Made by a program: the position numbers and the translations under genes. Below, in pieces: positions 1 through 572 of a DNA stretch of 572 bases. The notes beneath the pieces were generated by a model. It had not been told where the DNA came from, made no database searches, and saw only the letters and a program-made list of their open reading frames with translations. The stretch's first letter is position 1, and the number at the start of each line of letters is the position of its first letter. The DNA comes from Candidatus Hydrogenedens sp. (GTDB lineage Bacteria; Hydrogenedentota; Hydrogenedentia; Hydrogenedentales; Hydrogenedentaceae): assembly GCA_049968235.1 (NCBI GenBank), contig JBMFRC010000059.1:1-572 (forward strand). The letters are read 5' to 3'.

Positions 1-105
1 AAATATGATTCACACAAATATGTTGATCCAAACAGACTATATAATTGTAGCATTGATTCATTTAAATTTGGAAACACGTCACTTGCAATATTTTTCCAAA
101 ACTGA
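1..105 (+). CDS. Possible 3' end of a plus-strand gene entering from upstream of the window (frame 1, stop TGA 103-105; frame 2 is also open from 2..112 with stop TAG 113-115)
   Basis: Frame 1 is open for 34 codons from position 1 (KYDSHKYVDPNRLYNCSIDSFKFGNTSLAIFFQN*). Frame 2 is open for 37 codons (NMIHTNMLIQTDYIIVALIHLNLETRHLQYFSKTECP*). Both are below the ORF-track length threshold, and no family is recognisable. Which frame is real, if either, cannot be decided without the upstream sequence. Confidence 0.2.
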   Translation, partial: KYDSHKYVDPNRLYNCSIDSFKFGNTSLAIFFQN

Positions 106-118
106 ATGCCCTTAGAAA

Positions 119-154
119 TTTACGACCAGCATATTCCGTAAGCCTTTAATTTTA
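119..154 (+). terminator. Weak candidate intrinsic terminator: a short hairpin followed by an interrupted T-tract
   Basis: ttacg (120-124) can pair with cgtaa (137-141), giving a 5-bp stem with a 12-nt loop (accagcatattc), followed by cctttaatttta (143-154). The stem is short and GC-poor, so predicted stability is low. It sits just downstream of the candidate stop codons at 103-105 and 113-115. Confidence 0.1.
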
Positions 155-317
155 TGACTTTTAATGTTTTGAATGATTTGGAGCATTTGCGTTTCACAAT
201 AGACCTATTGATCAACAAAGTTGCAATTGACCTATTATTTGCAGTTATTGTCTTATAACAACGATTTAATATATTTTCTATTTTGTTTAAAAGGTAAAGA
301 TGTTCAGAGTTTTGCAT
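120..317 (-). CDS. Hypothetical small ORF (65 aa) from the six-frame track; probably spurious or non-coding
   Basis: The minus-strand ATG is the reverse complement of cat at 315-317 and the stop is at 120-122. The 28 nt upstream on the minus strand (tttatttctttataatttcttttgagta) contain no AGGAGG/AAGG-type Shine-Dalgarno. The product is N/K/I/L/R-rich, as expected from translating AT-rich DNA, with no recognisable domain. Its NRSI...NRSI motif is just the translation of the in-frame DNA direct repeat at 197-209/224-236. In about 25% GC DNA a 65-codon open frame is uncommon but does occur by chance. Confidence 0.12.
   Translation of the reverse strand: MQNSEHLYLLNKIENILNRCYKTITANNRSIATLLINRSIVKRKCSKSFKTLKVIKLKAYGICWS
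145..195. promoter_or_regulatory. Phased T-tracts (A-tracts on the minus strand) predicting intrinsically bent DNA
   Basis: T runs of at least 3 occur at 145-147, 150-153, 159-162, 167-170, 177-179, 186-188 and 192-194. Their centre-to-centre spacings are mostly 8-10 bp, roughly one helical turn. This arrangement is typical of curved DNA upstream of promoters and of binding sites for nucleoid-associated proteins. Confidence 0.3.
197..236. repeat. Direct repeat CAAT[A/T]GACCTATT (197-209 and 224-236, 12/13 identical, 27-bp period) flanking the perfect palindrome TTGATCAA (208-215, GATC core)
   Basis: Read directly from the sequence: caatagacctatt at 197-209 and caattgacctatt at 224-236. The palindrome ttgatcaa overlaps the 3' end of copy 1. 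The repeat is C/G-containing in an AT-rich background and the two copies are closely spaced, so a chance origin is less likely than for an AT-only repeat. Confidence 0.5.
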
Positions 318-380
318 TACTCAAAAGAAATTATAAAGAAATAAATTGAACTTTTAGTTCAGAAGCCATTCGCATATTAT

Positions 381-470
381 TTAAACATTAAAAAAAATTA
401 ATCATTATTATTGTGTGATTATTTGAAGTAGATATATTAATTTTTTAGTTATTACATTTATGAAATATCT
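381..470. other. Extremely AT-rich block (about 13% GC) containing an A8 run (390-397) and (ATT)3 (404-412)
   Basis: Base counting gives 12 G+C in 90 nt. The block includes aaaaaaaa, attattatt followed by gtgtg, and tttttt (441-446). There is no ORF in any frame. Confidence 0.5.
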
Positions 471-512
471 TATTTGTGTTCTACAGGTTTAAAATAGTTT
501 TGCACAAATTCA

Positions 513-555
513 TGGTATTATGATTGCTTGAAATTGGTATGTGTTCTTTTATAAA
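513..555 (+). promoter_or_regulatory. Weak candidate promoter(s) reading rightward toward the ATG at 570-572
   Basis: Candidate (a): an extended -10-like TGgTATTAT at 513-521 with no good -35 at 17±1 bp. Candidate (b): TTGAAA at 528-533, a 16-bp spacer, then TATAAA at 550-555; this would place the TSS only about 8 nt before the ATG. Candidate (c): a Bacteroidetes-type TTTG (473-476), an 18-bp spacer, then TAgtTTTG (495-502). All are partial matches in DNA where such hexamers are frequent. Confidence 0.2.
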
Positions 556-572
556 ATATACCAATAAAGATG

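Noticed and set aside
24-213. GATC sites at 24-27 and 210-213, as possible Dam-regulated sites.
   Set aside because: Two GATC in 572 bp is about the compositional expectation (roughly 1-2). Only the one embedded in the TTGATCAA palindrome is noted, within the direct-repeat finding.
330-335. A perfect minus-strand TATAAT (plus-strand attata at 330-335), 13 nt upstream of the minus-strand ORF's ATG. This would imply a leaderless-type transcript for the 65-aa ORF.
   Set aside because: There is no acceptable -35 at 16-18 bp (actaaa, ctaaaa or aactaa on the minus strand). TATAAT-like hexamers are abundant in 25% GC DNA. The ORF itself is doubtful.
324-345. Tandem-like 11-mer aaagaaattat / aaagaaataaa (9/11 identity), just upstream on the minus strand of the 65-aa ORF's ATG.
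   Set aside because: Only two degenerate copies of purine-rich low-complexity sequence, which is common in AT-rich DNA. There is no third copy or recognisable binding-site pattern.
413-425. Possible DnaA box near the AT-rich block: tgtgattat, the reverse complement of ataatcaca, versus consensus TTATCCACA. This would imply an origin of replication with a DUE.
   Set aside because: Only about 6/9 match and there is no cluster of boxes. TTGATCCAA at 23-31 does not align to the consensus either. An origin cannot be supported.
11-480. Inverted 9-10-mer: cacacaaata (11-20) versus tatttgtgtt (471-480), which might have been terminal inverted repeats of a small mobile element.
   Set aside because: Only about 9 nt match and the match does not extend outward. 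In 572 bp of 25% GC DNA several exact 9-mer inverted matches are expected by chance. There are no flanking target-site duplications.
308-504. Exact 9-mer direct repeat agttttgca at 308-316 and 496-504.
   Set aside because: The expected number of exact 9-mer direct repeats in a window of this composition is about 3-4, and the flanks do not match. Treated as chance.
1-572. Screened for CRISPR repeats, tRNA or rRNA, riboswitch-like GC-rich structured RNA, and IS terminal inverted repeats.
   Set aside because: There are no regularly spaced repeats of 20 nt or more, no cloverleaf-compatible GC-rich stems, and no long inverted repeats. Overall GC is too low and stems too short for typical structured ncRNAs. 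Nothing supportable was found.

Overview
This is a 572-bp, very AT-rich window (about 25% GC by my count, roughly 13% GC across 381-470) that looks essentially non-coding. The ORF track holds only one 65-aa minus-strand ORF (120..317). It lacks an upstream purine-rich ribosome-binding site, has a low-complexity N/K/I/L-rich product, and its only internal 'motif' (NRSI x2) is simply the translation of a DNA-level direct repeat, so I regard it as probably spurious. The left edge carries about 35 open codons in two plus frames (possible 3' end of a gene entering from upstream, stop at 103-105 or 113-115). The window ends exactly on an ATG (570-572) preceded by promoter-like AT-rich hexamers, which may be the start of a downstream gene. 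I see no rRNA, tRNA, CRISPR array, IS/transposon ends or recognisable protein family. Several things are directly visible and worth recording: (i) a 13-mer direct repeat CAAT[A/T]GACCTATT, two copies 27 bp apart, bracketing the perfect palindrome TTGATCAA (candidate operator or iteron pair); (ii) helically phased T-tracts across about 145-195, predicting intrinsically curved DNA; (iii) an extremely AT-rich block (381-470) with an A8 run and (ATT)3; and (iv) several weak sigma70-like and Bacteroidetes-like promoter candidates, none compelling. The taxonomic origin is uncertain: the sequence is compatible with a low-GC bacterial intergenic region, but a eukaryotic or organellar non-coding origin (intron-like GT...polyY-CAG signals, TATAAAA, AATAAA hexamers) cannot be excluded from sequence alone. 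I find no evidence for a novel multi-gene system in this window; the supportable content is regulatory and structural DNA features at low to moderate confidence.
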